Below, piece after piece: positions 37,501 through 49,749 of a DNA stretch of 59,750 nucleotides (its first letter is position 1; each line of letters begins with the position of its first letter). Origin of the DNA: Macrostomum lignano (taxonomy: Eukaryota). The stretch covers positions 156,236 to 215,985 of the forward strand of contig NIVC01001985.1 in the NCBI GenBank assembly GCA_002269645.1, in the 5' to 3' direction. The notes below the pieces were generated by a model, which had not been told where the DNA came from, made no database searches, and was given only the letters and a program-made list of their open reading frames with translations. Made by a program: the position numbers and the translations under genes.

Positions 37501-38508
37501 TAGATTGAGGTATGACTTGACTACTCGTAGACAAAAGATGTGACCAACGGTCAGCTAAGCCTTTCTATTTGGCCCTCGGGACTTTACAATAGCAATCTGG
37601 CCCCCGCTAATGGTTTAGATGTCTTTTCAGCTCACTTCTCAGCTCTCCCTCCCTTTTCCTTCTCTCTGTCCATGTCACTCTTGGTCTCGTTTTCCGTCTC
37701 TTCTCTCCCCCTCTACTTTATCTCTCTCTCTCTCCCTCTCTCTCGCCCGTTAACCGCTAGAGCTACTCACAGATACTAGAAAACTAGATGGGCCACTCAG
37801 CACATTTGCGTGTAAGCTACTTTCATTTCAGTAGTAAGTTAAACAGAAGCATTTTTATGTATTTTTAAAGTCAAGGCTCTTTTATTGGCATTTTATTGTA
37901 TTTTTAAAGTCAAGGTTCTTTTATTGGCATTTTATTGTATTTTTAAAGTCAAGGCTCTTTTATTGGCATTTTAATGTATTTTTAAAGTCAAGGCTCTTTT
38001 ATTGGCATTTTATGTTCATTATTGCTCAACCAATTAGCAAGTTGTTTACGCCTGCAAGCTTGGGCTTCTAAACTTATCAAAGTGATTTCAGCTGCCTTTA
38101 TTTTGGCCTCCTGTAGCGAAAGATTAGTGTCGTACTCACCTGTACATAGGTGGAGATGGCCTCCAGATCGGGCAGCAAGTCTTTCACATCGGAGGCGCTG
38201 CTGTCGCACTCGACAATAAAATCGTGACTATTAGCCACTCGCTTAGACGGCCGACTTTCGATGTGCTCCAGATTGACTTGGTGCTTTTTAAAGATTTCCA
38301 GAGCGGCACTGAGAGCGCCAACTCGTTCGGGCATGCTGAATACAATTGACACGCGTTTCAGAGTTTCCAAGCCGCTGACATAATAGCCCTGCGTGCCGGC
38401 TCGCCTGCCCTTGCCGAAGCCATCGTTGCCTTCTCCGTTAGCGGCTGGCGCCTTTTTACCGCTAGAATTATTATTATTATTACTACCGCTGGTCACGTGA
38501 GCGTCCAT
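34528..38508 (-). CDS. PAH: Phenylalanine-4-hydroxylase; 5 exons
   Basis: Exons 38508-38140, 37076-36837, 36176-35917, 35233-34832, 34693-34528, all in phase. ACT domain ([10 protein letters not shown]), [32 protein letters not shown]|[42 protein letters not shown]. Motifs are closer to PAH/Henna than to TPH or TH. Confidence 0.93.
35340..35720. repeat. Degenerate AACCTGACA/AATCTGACA-rich tandem region in PAH intron 3
   Basis: Repeated CTGACA cores. Confidence 0.65.
36225..36742. repeat. 39-40-bp minisatellite (CCAATCAGTGAGCTACTGCAGACCATTCTCACCCACCTGA) in PAH intron 2
   Basis: About 13 units. Confidence 0.95.
37855..38012. repeat. 39-bp AT-rich tandem repeat x4 in PAH intron 1
   Basis: GTATTTTTAAAGTCAAGGCTCTTTTATTGGCATTTTATT repeated. 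Confidence 0.9.
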
Positions 38509-38515
38509 AGTGCTA

Positions 38516-38618
38516 CTATAAAAGTAGTTAGTGCTGATTCGTTAGCATGAATATTAATGGTTAAAATAGGTGCATATACTACGTTTTCAAAGAAATGGAT
38601 GCTTGAATATTTTTTATT
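38516..38618 (-). promoter_or_regulatory. MRPS24/PAH junction: AATAAA (38618-38613) then branch point and acceptor CTAACTACTTTTATAG, 7 nt before the PAH ATG
   Basis: Read directly on the minus strand; about 100-nt spacing. Confidence 0.6.
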
Positions 38619-38918
38619 TAAATGGGGTTTCTTACTAGCTAGATGCAAACTGTATTGAGGAAGTGTTACTAAAACTTACTCTAATTACCCTTACTTCCCC
38701 AGCTACCCGACACTGCATAAGACCTACACCTTTAAAGTATATAGATATTTAGAAAAAAAGAAACAGCAAACGACTTTACAGAGAAAAAACAAGCAAAATA
38801 TATTACTACTGATAACAGTACTAAATGTCCAATTTTACACTAAATTGCGCAACAAATCCAGTAAACCATGGAAGCAATCGCATGATGGAACAATGCTAAA
38901 CATCTGTCTACTAGACGA

Positions 38919-40457
38919 TTAGATAAACTTGTACACTAGGTCGACCTCGCTGTCCACCGTTTGAACTTCCAGTCGTACAACGCAGCGCATGAGTAGTGAC
39001 AGCATCTCCTCAGCGTAGCCAATCAGAAATGCGTAGCGCATGCACACAATTCTAGGATTTGTGTCCATCCTGTCTCGCTGCTTTAGTAGCAGAGCAACTC
39101 GAATTGTATTGCCCTGCAAAGGATAAGGGAATACCACTGTCATAACTGGAAACTTATGCTGATGCTGAAATTGCAGTTCCTTTGTTTATAAAATCTACCC
39201 TTTGCTCGATGTCCTTGTTTTTTTACCGGTTATCCATGCTCACCTATCACCACCTCTAGCACCAGTTCGCTAATCACCACCTGAAATCTCTGTTAGCCAA
39301 TCATCCCACCTGTGTGATCCATGTTAGCCAATCACCACCTGTGTGATCCCTGTTCGCTAATCACACATGTGATCCCTGTTAGCCAATCACCACCTGCTAT
39401 CACTGTTTGCTAATCACACATGTGATCCCTGTTAGCCAATCACCACCTGTGATCCCTGTTAGCCAATCACACATGTGATCCCTGTTAGCCAATCACACAT
39501 GTGATCCCTGTTAGCCAATAACCACCTGTGATCCCTGTTAGCCAATCACTACCTGCTATCCCTGTTTGCTAATCACACATGTGATCCCTGTTAGCCAATA
39601 ACCACCTGTGATCCCTGTTAGCCAATCACTACCTGCTATCCCTGTTTGCTAATCACACATGTGATCCCTGTTAGCCAATCACCATGTGTTATCCCTGTTC
39701 GCTAATAATCACCGCCTGTTATCCCTGTTCGCTAATAATCACCACCTGTTATCCCTGTTCGCTAATAATCACCTCCTGTTATCCCTGTTCGCTAATAATC
39801 ACCTCCTGTTATCCCTGTTCGCTAATAATCACCGCCTGTTATCCCTGTTCGCTAATAATCACCACCTGTTATCCCTGTTCGCTAATAATCACCTCCTGTT
39901 ATCCCTGTTCGCTAATAATCACTACCTGTGATCTCTGTTCGCTAATAATCACCGCCTGTTATCCCTGTTCGCTAATAATCACTACCTGTGATCTCTGTTC
40001 GCTAATAACCACCACCTGTTATCCCTGTTCGCTAATAATCACCAGTCATCCCCATGCAGTCCTGAATAGACGTGCCAATTACCTGTCGCTTAATAACGAT
40101 GCACTCGGAGGCCAGCATCTCGGGAAAGGTGCCCCGCAGCAGAATGCGAATTAATTGATCCTGATAATTAGTAGTGCCAGCGTCAAAGCTCTGACTTTCG
40201 CCAAGCAAGCCGGCCGTATTCCAGCTCTGCCAGGCCTTCTGCGCCCCAATCTGCTCGGGATATTTGGCCTGCTCGTAGGTGATCGGCCTGGACCGATCGC
40301 GCGTACCTTTTAGCACGGCAGCCCGACGATTCTTCGGCGGTATTCGCCGATAAGGTTTTGGTAGCTCGCCGAATTCCCATAATCGATTGGCGCTGGTGTG
40401 CAAGGCCGATAGCTGCTGCGCCCGTTGCAGCAAGGGCGGCCGAAACGAGGAGAGTAA
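38919..40457 (-). CDS. MRPS24: Mitochondrial ribosomal protein S24 (uS3m); 2 coding exons, no genomic ATG in the first exon
   Basis: Exons 40457-40083 and 39113-38919 in phase: PITYEQAKYPEQIGAQKAWQSWNT..GTFPEMLASECIVIKRQ|GNTI..AFLIGYAEEMLSLLMRCVVRLEVQTV, matching the MRPS24 motifs TYEQA..IxHRKxW..SEIIIKR..FLIGYxEELLS..VKLEIQTV. Confidence 0.9.
39270..40045. repeat. 27-30-bp minisatellite (ATCCCTGTTCGCTAATAATCACCACCTGTT and GCCAATCA variants) filling the MRPS24 intron
   Basis: About 27 units in two variant blocks. Confidence 0.95.
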
Positions 40458-40633
40458 CTGAAAAAACGGTATAATTTAATAAAAAATAACAAGCGTATTC
40501 CTATAGACTACTGCTAATTATGTAATACTAGTAGACAATTTGCAAATAGCTAGAAAATTCAACGATAGAAAAAATGAAAAAAACGAAAACCTAATATAAA
40601 AAAACAATAATTTAGACAATTTAGACTTTTATT
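40458..40633 (-). promoter_or_regulatory. EI24/MRPS24 junction: AATAAA (40633-40628) then acceptor CCGTTTTTTCAG (AG 40459-40458)
   Basis: Read directly; the acceptor opens the MRPS24 frame in phase 0. Confidence 0.6.
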
Positions 40634-41459
40634 AAAAATTTACAGATAAATTTAGGCAATAAAATATATATACGTTACAGTGCCAAACCACACTACTGGC
40701 CAATAATCAATCTGGTTATCGGTAACATGACAGGGCGCAAAGCGGAATTTTATTTAGTCACTAGGAGGACGCTCGAAGTCTGAGAAAGCAATGTCTTCCG
40801 GGAAAAGAACATTATTCGACAAGTATTTAAAATACGCAACGAATATAAGTACACTTGTAGTATGAAACGAGTCGAATTAAAATGACACGAATCATAAAGA
40901 CTCGCATTGCACTCTGCAATAGAGATCAAATTCAATATCAGACACGGCAGGTGGAGAAAACAAATGAAAGCGACGAAATACATACTTTTGTAACCTCTAA
41001 ACAACGAGCGAATCTGTTAACACCATATGGTCCAAGCTGATTGGCCGTACAGGCATGGGGAAGGGTTTACTGACTTCTGATTGGTCGGAAGACAAATAAA
41101 ACGTACTTAATGACCCCTTAGCGATAGATTAAAAACACGATGAAAATCGGCGAACAACAGGCAAACAGACTTGCATGTGCAATGCAACAGCACAATTGTA
41201 ACACAAAGACTATGAAAGAACGAAAGTTGATTTCCAATTTAAACATATGCAAGTCACGTCATTCAAAAAGCAGCCATTAACAGACCAAGTCGATCAAGCT
41301 CAGTTGAAAGAATCATAAAAGAGCATATTCCACTCATAGCGAAGCCTTCGCTGGGAGCAATACAAAAAGCTATATATATATACATGATAAGAAGAAAAAC
41401 AACTGGGGATTTCATCCCCATTTTGGGAAAATTGACAAATTCAGAATTAAAAATTAGTT

Positions 41460-43833
41460 TCAGACACGATCCGGCACTACCAACAGGATTCTGTTGATCA
41501 GGTACAGGGAAGGCTTCATCAGTGGCAGCGGAATAGGCGCTCTGAAATTATAAAGTAGTTATGATAACAGATGTTAAAAATATTTCGCTACTTATGCTAC
41601 TATTAGTAAGCGAAAGTTGTTCTTCTGACTTTTACGGTCACGTGACATAAAAAAACTTATTTAAAATGCAATATAAAAGTGCCAAAACCTGAGTGCGTGT
41701 CCGCTCACCTGTACAGTCGATAATATTGCGCGCACAATGCGCTCACAATGCAGATCGGATAGCAGATTGACAGGAAACAGATCGACAGGCCGTACCAGGG
41801 CGACAGCCATGTGATAAGAGCCATAGGCAGACCGAATGCAAGAAAATATGGCCAGTGATGCTCGATGTACATGGCGCGACTTTGGAATACCATGCCTGTC
41901 GGGCAGCATACAAGTGAAATGGATAGGCTTTCCGCAAACTTTCAGTTTCTATCTCCCATTTGATGCCATTTTTGACATCCCCTGTCTCCTATCTGATGCC
42001 ATTTTTGACATCCCCAATCTTCCATTTGATGCCATTTTTGACATCCTCTATCTCCAATCTGATGCCATTTTTGACATCTCCTATCTCTTATCTGATGCCA
42101 TTTTTGACATCTCCTATCTCTGATCTGATGCCATTTTTGACATCCCCTATCTCTGATCTGATGCCATTCTGATGCCATTTTTGACATCCTCTATCTCTGA
42201 TCTGATGCCATTTTTGACATCCTCTATCTCTGATCTGATGCCATTCTGATGCCATTTTTGACATCCCCTATCTCTGATCTGATGCCATTTTTGACATCCC
42301 CTATCTCTGATCTGATGCCATTCTGATGCCATTTTTGACATCCCAATCTTGGGATCTCTGGGCTTTGAACTCACCCCTGCTAGACCAGCGATAGTCAAAC
42401 ACGTACAGAGAGTAGAGCAGGCACATGTGGCACAGGTAAAGCAGCTCGGACACAAGCGGCACGGGGATTTGCCTGGCCAATTTAGCCTGACACAGAAACA
42501 GCAGTTCAACTAATAGGCCGTAGGCTTGATCAGCCAAAACCTTGCCAATCCGTTTGCCGTCTCCGGTGCGCTGCTCTCGCTTAGCAACAATATAAACCAG
42601 CTGGCCGACATCTTTAAATGAGAAATAATTCACTACTTCCAATACGACCACTACTGGCAGAATCCACAGCGCATTAAATAGCCAGGTAATTATTGGCACA
42701 AGGTAGTCGCTAACCCAGGGACCTTGAAACCGGTCGGCCGTCCACAGTAGCACCGGCAGCACCATCAGGTTAAATACCAGCACACTGCACTGTCATTTAT
42801 ATGTTGAACATAAAAATGAAATTTTGTCAAGAGTTAATGCTTGTAATTGACCGGAAGTGGGCGGGGCACAGAACTATAACAGTTTAAACAAATCGACAAA
42901 TACAAATAAGTGGCCAGGTTAGAAAACTTACGCCAAGAACTACTGCGTTCCAAAACCACGTGCGCTTGATTGTGCCGATAAGGGACAGTTTACTGGAATA
43001 CAATTTACAGCGGGGTTGCTATTGAACCGACCGGAGCGTGTCACAGGTTATGCAGCACTAGGGTGCGCAGAAATGTAGAAAAAAATGCGCTAAAATGCTG
43101 AATTTGAAATGTTAAACGATTCTGGTCTTGCCTTCAAGGCAAACGAAAGCTTCCATAGACAACTGAAGGACAAACCGCTAAATGACTCGCGAAACAGGTC
43201 ATTGTATTTCTTGAGCAGTCATTATCCACACTCCCATGAACTCTTGAGCATCTGTCGTTACCTGCACTCTCGTGAACCCTTGAGCATTGGTCATTACCCG
43301 CACTCCCATGAACTCTTGAGCATTGGTCATTATCATTACTCGCACTCCCATGAACTCGTGAACATTGGTCATTACCCGCACTCTCACGAACTCTTGAGCA
43401 TTGGTCATTACCCGCACTCCCATGAACTCTTGAGCATTGGTCATTACCCGCACTCCCATGAACTCTTGAGCATTGGTCATTACCCGCACTCCCATGAACT
43501 CGTGAGCATTGGTCATTACCCGCACTCCCACGAACTCTTTGAGTATTTGTCATTGCCTGCAACCATCTACTGATGATTGGCACAAGTATAAAAAATAAAA
43601 CACCCTACTAATTAACTAAACATATTAACTTACTCCTTTGTCTCCTTGGCCTGTATGTAGGATCTCTGCGATCTAGGATCCATCTGGCTTGCTCTGTAAG
43701 CCTCTATGCGGGCATTGAGCGAGCGAAGCTGCACCAAGCCAGTAAAACAGTCGCGCAGGCCAGCAGCAAATCCATACAAATAATGAAGAGATGACAACTC
43801 TGCTGCTGTACTGGGACTACTGGAGCTTTGCAT
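41460..43833 (-). CDS. EI24: Etoposide-induced protein 2.4 (EI24, autophagy membrane protein); 5 exons
   Basis: Exons 43833-43634, 43177-43132 (GC donor), 42789-42375, 41895-41709, 41541-41460, all in phase. FAAGLRDCFTGLVQLRSLNARI (cf. LARGIKDSIWG..LDARI), LWILP..VVN..FKDV, HMCLLYSLYVFDYRW, IEHHWPYFLAFGLP. Confidence 0.88.
41955..42345. repeat. 33-bp minisatellite (TGATGCCATTTTTGACATCCCCTATCTCTGATC) in EI24 intron 3
   Basis: About 11 units. Confidence 0.93.
43205..43545. repeat. 36-bp minisatellite (CATTACCCGCACTCCCATGAACTCTTGAGCATTGGT) in EI24 intron 1
   Basis: About 9 units. Confidence 0.93.
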
Positions 43834-44292
43834 TGCAGTAAAATTTCCCTATGTACAGTTAAACTTTTCAGTCAGACTGTATAGGTGCTGGTCAGGCACA
43901 ATATTATTCCACAGTATAGATTGAAGCACTTTAGCATGTGCCTAGATTATTTATCTGAAACTGAATGTTTTCAGCTTAGTATAAATAAAGGCTGAATATG
44001 AATCAAAATATACTACATGTCGATTTTATTAATGCAAAAAAGTTAAAATAAGCCAAATACTTGTTTTAATGCCTTCATATAAACAAAATCTAATGTGTTA
44101 CATTTAAATATAAATGATAATATTTTAACACTAGCTACTTAAAATAAATGGGACTTAGAAGACTTAAAAGATCATACAGCCCTTGAGTATTGAGTTTATG
44201 GATACATAAGGATAAAGGAATAGATATGAATGAATATAAATATTTTCAAAGCTTTTGTCAAAACTGTTAAGACTCCATAGTCACAGAAAATT

Positions 44293-44478
44293 CTAGCATA
44301 GAAAATGGTCTAGCACTGCATTATCTAGCACAGTGCAGCATAGAAAATGGTCTAGCACTGCATTATCTAGCACAGTGCAGAATAGAAAATGGTCTAGCAC
44401 TGCATTATCTAGCACAGTGCAGCATAGAAAATGGTCTAGCACTGCATTATCTAGCACAGTGCAGCATAGAAAGTGGTC
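44293..44478. repeat. 42-bp tandem repeat x4 (GCATAGAAAATGGTCTAGCACTGCATTATCTAGCACAGTGCA)
   Basis: Direct reading. Confidence 0.92.
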
Positions 44479-45204
44479 CAACTCTATACTACCCAGTGCA
44501 GATAGCACAGTGAAGCATATACAAATTTGTAAGAAATAAAGCATATCTTGCACAATACCAAGAAGAAAAATGAATTATGCAAATCTTTATAAAATGCATT
44601 TTTCTGTAAAAAAATTGTTTTTAGATTTATGCTGTGGCTTTTGGCCTAGCCACAAGGGGAAGGCAGCTATCCCCCCTTTCCTAGCCCCCCTCTCCTTTCC
44701 CTTAAATCCACCCTTGTAAGTTAGGCCTAAACTACCTTTTTGATTATGATAAGATTTAAGTCCCTAGGTTTAGAGATTTTTATGCTATATAAACATTGTT
44801 TGAGCTAAAATTAAGGCATAGGGCTAGGCCTAGGTCATAGATACTAGAACAACAAGATGTCACTCATGAAAAAATTGTGAAAAATTTAGTGTCTACTTTT
44901 TTGTAATAGACACATTTGGGACATGCCCCCAAATTTTTAGCGCATGCTAAAATAAAAAAATATTTTCTTTCCTCACTGCCTGGCCGTGGTTGGCATCTTT
45001 GTCTTGTGTGGAATGTGTGTATATACAAAGTATAGCATATGAGCATAAGAATCATAAACAAGATTTAGATCCCCTCTCAGTAGGAAGAGTGAAATCATTG
45101 ATCCGCAGAAGACAAACTAGTGTGTACATAGGTCCCCTAATAAGAGAGAAAGGCTGATGCCAGGCTTCCCTTCTTACCATATGTAATCTTTTTAATTTTC
45201 CAGG

Positions 45205-46980
45205 AATTGATATCCATGCCATTTTTCTATCACCCTGTGAGCTTAAAGTCTGTATATATCATTATAGATGTACCATATTGCCTTAAAAACCTGCAAAATT
45301 CTCTCAAAAGAACCACATGGCTTTTGACAATAATAAGCTTGCAAAATGGCTACATGTAGAAGAATGTAACAAAGCAGATAGCAACCATTCTTTTTGATTG
45401 GCAAATCAATTGAGTGACACACATATTACCTTGCCACTTGGCTAGAAGATGCATGTCTCAATTGCAGCTCAAGTACTTAGCCATTTGATATCTACTAGTA
45501 TTCAAACACTTGTGCACCATTGGGAAATGGAGCTCAGCACATTGCATATAGCTGAGTTTTTACAGCGAGTGAATAGCATGTTCAATATGCTGAACTCCAT
45601 GCACATGTTTGACAAAGGCTTCATGAAACCAATCTCTAATGAGTCCCTTTCTGCCCAAATAAATGAGCTGTGCAAGGCTAAAGACTTTCTAGAGAGCTTG
45701 GGGGTTTTCCCCAGGAATGGCAAAGCAGAAAAGTCCTTGAAGATGAAATTACAAGAGGCCTAGTGCTTTTCAGCTGCAGCGATATGCAAGCTATCAACTG
45801 CACTGATCAATGATAAAGGCTTTGACTTCATCTGTACTCGCAGGCTGACTCAAGATAATGTAGAAGTGAGTGAGCATATAAATCAATATGAGTAATAATG
45901 GGTATTAATTACATTGGAATATAATCACTTGCATTGTATCACATATCAATGCATTCCAAAATCTCTTTAGCATCATCAGAGGCTGAAATGTTTTTAATGA
46001 GAAGCCCAAACTCATAGCATTTATTGGAGCATTGAGATCTATGCAGTGGCATAGCCAGGGGGGGGGGGGGGGCTGGGGGGCCATCCCATTCCATCCCCTT
46101 CCAATCACCTAGGTGAGGTGAGGGTAGGGTTGGGTGTAGCGGGTACCAAAAACCATGAAGCAATTGAGTGTCTGTAGCACTAAAATGAGTGCCTGCAGTA
46201 CTAAAGTGAGTGCCTGCAGTGCCAAAATGAGTTCCTATAGCACTAGAAGTGGCAATGACATAAGGCATAGCCAGCCAGGCCAACCCACCCCCCCCCCAAT
46301 TGAAATTCCTGGCTATGCCACTGGATCCATGGCAGCAAGCAGACTCAATTGCCCTGATTCTGCAGCGTGGAATTGTGAAGATGACAGATGCACCACTGCT
46401 GTTACAATTGGTCTTGAGTCTGCTTCTGTTGAGTCTGCTTCAGCAAATGTCAGCTGAGTATCTCAAACTGGCTCTTAAAAAACCAGGGTCCAATTGAAGG
46501 CATTGCAGCCTGCATATAATATAGATATGATTCTCACTGTAGCCACCAAGTATATAGGCAGCTTTGTGCTCAAGAGCAGCTATGTCCTTAACTATTGTGC
46601 ATGCAAAGAGCTGCTGACTGGCACTGGCCTTTACGTGTGCATTTGATTTTGAAGAACAAGCTACACTTACATACAATTAGTGGATTGATGCAACCATCAG
46701 TTGCAGCCTTTAAAACATTTTCCAAAGTGGAAGCTTTCTTTGTGGTGCAAGTTAAGACCTACATTTTATATCTAAAAGTAGCTGCGCTGATTGTTGAGAA
46801 GCTTTTTTCTAATGAAATCCACTTTCCAACATGCAGTTCACACTCCAATAAAGCACATTGCAGTATCTTCACAGCATTTGTTTGCTTATAGTTGTACCAC
46901 TGGTGTTGCAAAAAGATACAGAGACTGTGAATTGCTGCCATCAAGTGATGTCCAACTCAAAAAGCAAAAAATCAACTAAT
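45205..46980 (+). pseudogene. Degenerate P-element/THAP9-type transposase remnant
   Basis: Ordered motifs IIIDVPYCLKNLQN (cf. DxPHLLKNxRN), KMHVSIAAQVLSH..AEFLQRVNSMFNMLNS (cf. KMxVxLAAQVFS..FDxLNS), ICTRRLTQDNVE (cf. LTxxxxQDxLE), KYIGSFVLK..CKELL, GLMQPS; many stops and frameshifts. Confidence 0.85.
46044..46323. mobile_element. 280-bp hAT-type MITE nested in the P transposase remnant
   Basis: TIR CAGTGGCATAGCCAGG at both ends; 8-bp TSD GATCTATG/GATCCATG (7/8). Confidence 0.85.
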
Positions 46981-48501
46981 TTTTGTTTTAAGATTTCCAT
47001 TAAGTATTCAGGCAATTAAGCATTTTTTGCTTACTTGAAAATGTTGAGCCCTTTAATTTGTTACTTTGTATTGCAGAAGTAATTAAAAAAACTCTTACTT
47101 AATCTTTTTAGTTTTGAAATTTGTGTATATAGGCCTAAGGCCTAATATAGTATAGTATAGCCTGTATAGGTGCAGTCCTATTAGGCCTTACCAATTTTTT
47201 CTTTTAAGCCTCATTTTTATGCCTTAAAGTTAAAATGAGAAAATAACTTTGATTAAGTCATAGGCTATAACAAATCCATTGTTCCATTTGCTAATATGCA
47301 ATATGTTCCAATATTAAAAATGATCAGAAGTTAAAAATTAGGCCTATTGACCAGATTCACTACCACCACAAGCTAAATGTGTTGGAAACCCTGTACTCTG
47401 TACATCAAACAGTTAAAGCCTACCCTAAATGTACAACTGACAGGAAAGGTGGCTAGTACTATTCTTTGAACTTTTGACTATTCTCTATGGCTAGACCTAC
47501 CTACTTAAACCTGTTTCAAAACTCTTGGCCCATACTTTCATTTTATTACCTTCCAATTACAAAATACTGTCACCCGACAATGCTGCAAATTGCACATGTG
47601 AATAAAAATAAAATATTTTCGTCATAATATTCGTCATAATACTTTCGTCAACAATATCAATTGAAAAAAATGCACATGTTTGCAATCATCTTCTTCGTTC
47701 TTTTTTTTTGCGTTCCTTATTTAAGCGAAATAGCATTCCTAAAATTTACTTTGAGATAGCCAATCGCTACGACAACATCTTCATGATTCAGTTGTCAAAA
47801 ACTCTGATTCAATTAAGCCGATGACAAAGTGAGCGAAATAAGTGACTTTTGAAAGTTAAGTCCTGAATGATGAATATCCACTTTTAACCTTTAAAACTAG
47901 TCAGTAATTCTATCGATAGTCTGAATTCAATTCTTATTCATTCAAATGATTATTTTTCTTTATATTGAGTTTTATATTCAGCTGGACTGCCTTTGACTCA
48001 TTTTTACTAAATTCAGTATATTTTCTGTTTTAATTCAGAAAATAAATTTCAAAGTTTCTGTTTTCTATGAAGTATGCTCTAGTGCCTGCCGATAAAAGAA
48101 AGTTTTTAGCCTTGTAAATCGTTCACACTATTTACCAACATGAATTTGAGTACAGTGCAGGTTTTACTTTTTTAGCTTGATTTAGTAATGCCACTAAAGA
48201 CAAAGTAAATCAATATTGAACTCACAGCATATTGTGTTTTTGACAGAAGCCAAGGGGGCCATGAGCCAAAAAAGGGCCATACTTTTTGGCCTGTAACTAT
48301 TCAAGGTATATTTTTAATGTTAGAATTTATTTGCTTGGTATAGCTTGCCCCCCCCCTCAAAAAGTTTCTAGATCCACCCCTGATTTTTTATATGTTGCTT
48401 AGTTCTTATGTTTTATTATTGTACTTGCTCCACTGGTTTTTAACCAAGCTTATTATTCTTTCTATAGATACTACATTTATATTATATTAATATATTATAT
48501 A

Positions 48502-48768
48502 CTCAGCAACATCGAAAAGTCGCCATCACAGAATATTCTGTCTGTAGTTGCCATTTTTGAGAGTTCAGGTAAGTCTCAATCTTTGCAAGTGATGCAACTT
48601 AGCTACGCCCCGGCAGACTTGAGTTGAGGAATGAAGTGGGGGAGCGGTGTGTGAGGGATGGACAGATTAAAGCTACCCCGATAAACTTTTTTGTATGTTT
48701 TAATTCAGAATAGTCCAAGAGAAATTGCCTACTGGGGCAAAGAGTGGCAACTTTTCAATGTTGCTGAG
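48502..48768. mobile_element. 267-bp MITE with TA flanks
   Basis: TIR CTCAGCAACAT(C/T)GAAAAGT(C/T)GCCA; TA on both sides. Confidence 0.75.
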
Positions 48769-49749
48769 TATATAGTTCTACTGTAGCTACAGATATGGCT
48801 ATGGGAAGTTATGGATAGGATATATAGGTTTTTTGGCAAAGCATATGGATATAGATTATGGTTACAGGAACACATAATTCCTATATCTAGTTCCCATATC
48901 TAGTAATACTACTCAATCAAGAATTGAAAGACTATCAAAGTTATTAATTTGATAAAGTTAAGATAGGCCTAGTAGAAATAAATGAAGGTTGCTAGTTTCA
49001 AAGTGAGGGGAACTCATAAGTCCTGGAAGTTAGGCCTAGGACTCAAGCATCAATAGATTGTCAATGCCATGTTGTGGTTAGGTGGTAAGAGCTAAAGTCA
49101 AGATAATTTTTTTTATTTTCAAAGGGGAGCTCTTAAGTCCCTACTTCCTGCATGGATTTAGGGACTTAGCAATAGGGTTTTAATACTACATACATGTTGT
49201 GGTAATTAAATGGTAGGGGGCTAATGTTAAGATTAGAGCCTAGAATGTTTTCACTTTCAAGGGGAGCTCCTAAATTCCTAGGGTTGGGGACTAGGATAGG
49301 GTTGGGATGTTGGAGACTGAATTTAAGATAAATAGCCTAAAATAGGCCCTATTTTCATTTTCAATGTAAGAGAAGCTCTTAAGTCATTACAATTAAGGAC
49401 TCAAGCAAAAAAGACAGAAATGTTTTTACACTATATGCACATTGAGGTTGGATTAAAATAGGGGAAGTTAAAGTTAGGCCCCCCTACGATATGTTTTCAC
49501 TTTCAATACAAAGGGAGCTCTCAAGTCCCTAGGGTTAGGGACTCAAACAACATTTTGACACTATATGCACATTATGGTTGGAATGGTAGGGGTTTAAGTT
49601 AAGATAAATGAAGACAATGGGGAAGCCACTTAGCATCTGCCACTATCAAAGAAGGTAGATTGCAAAGGAGGCTTCTTGGAAGCCAACTGATAAGTAGGCT
49701 ATCGCCATTGTAAATTTTGGTAAGAATTAGAGATTTTGTTACTTTAGTT

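Noticed and set aside
44838-47489. CATAGA-type TIRs for the P remnant
   Set aside because: Only 10/12 match and the flanks give no TSD
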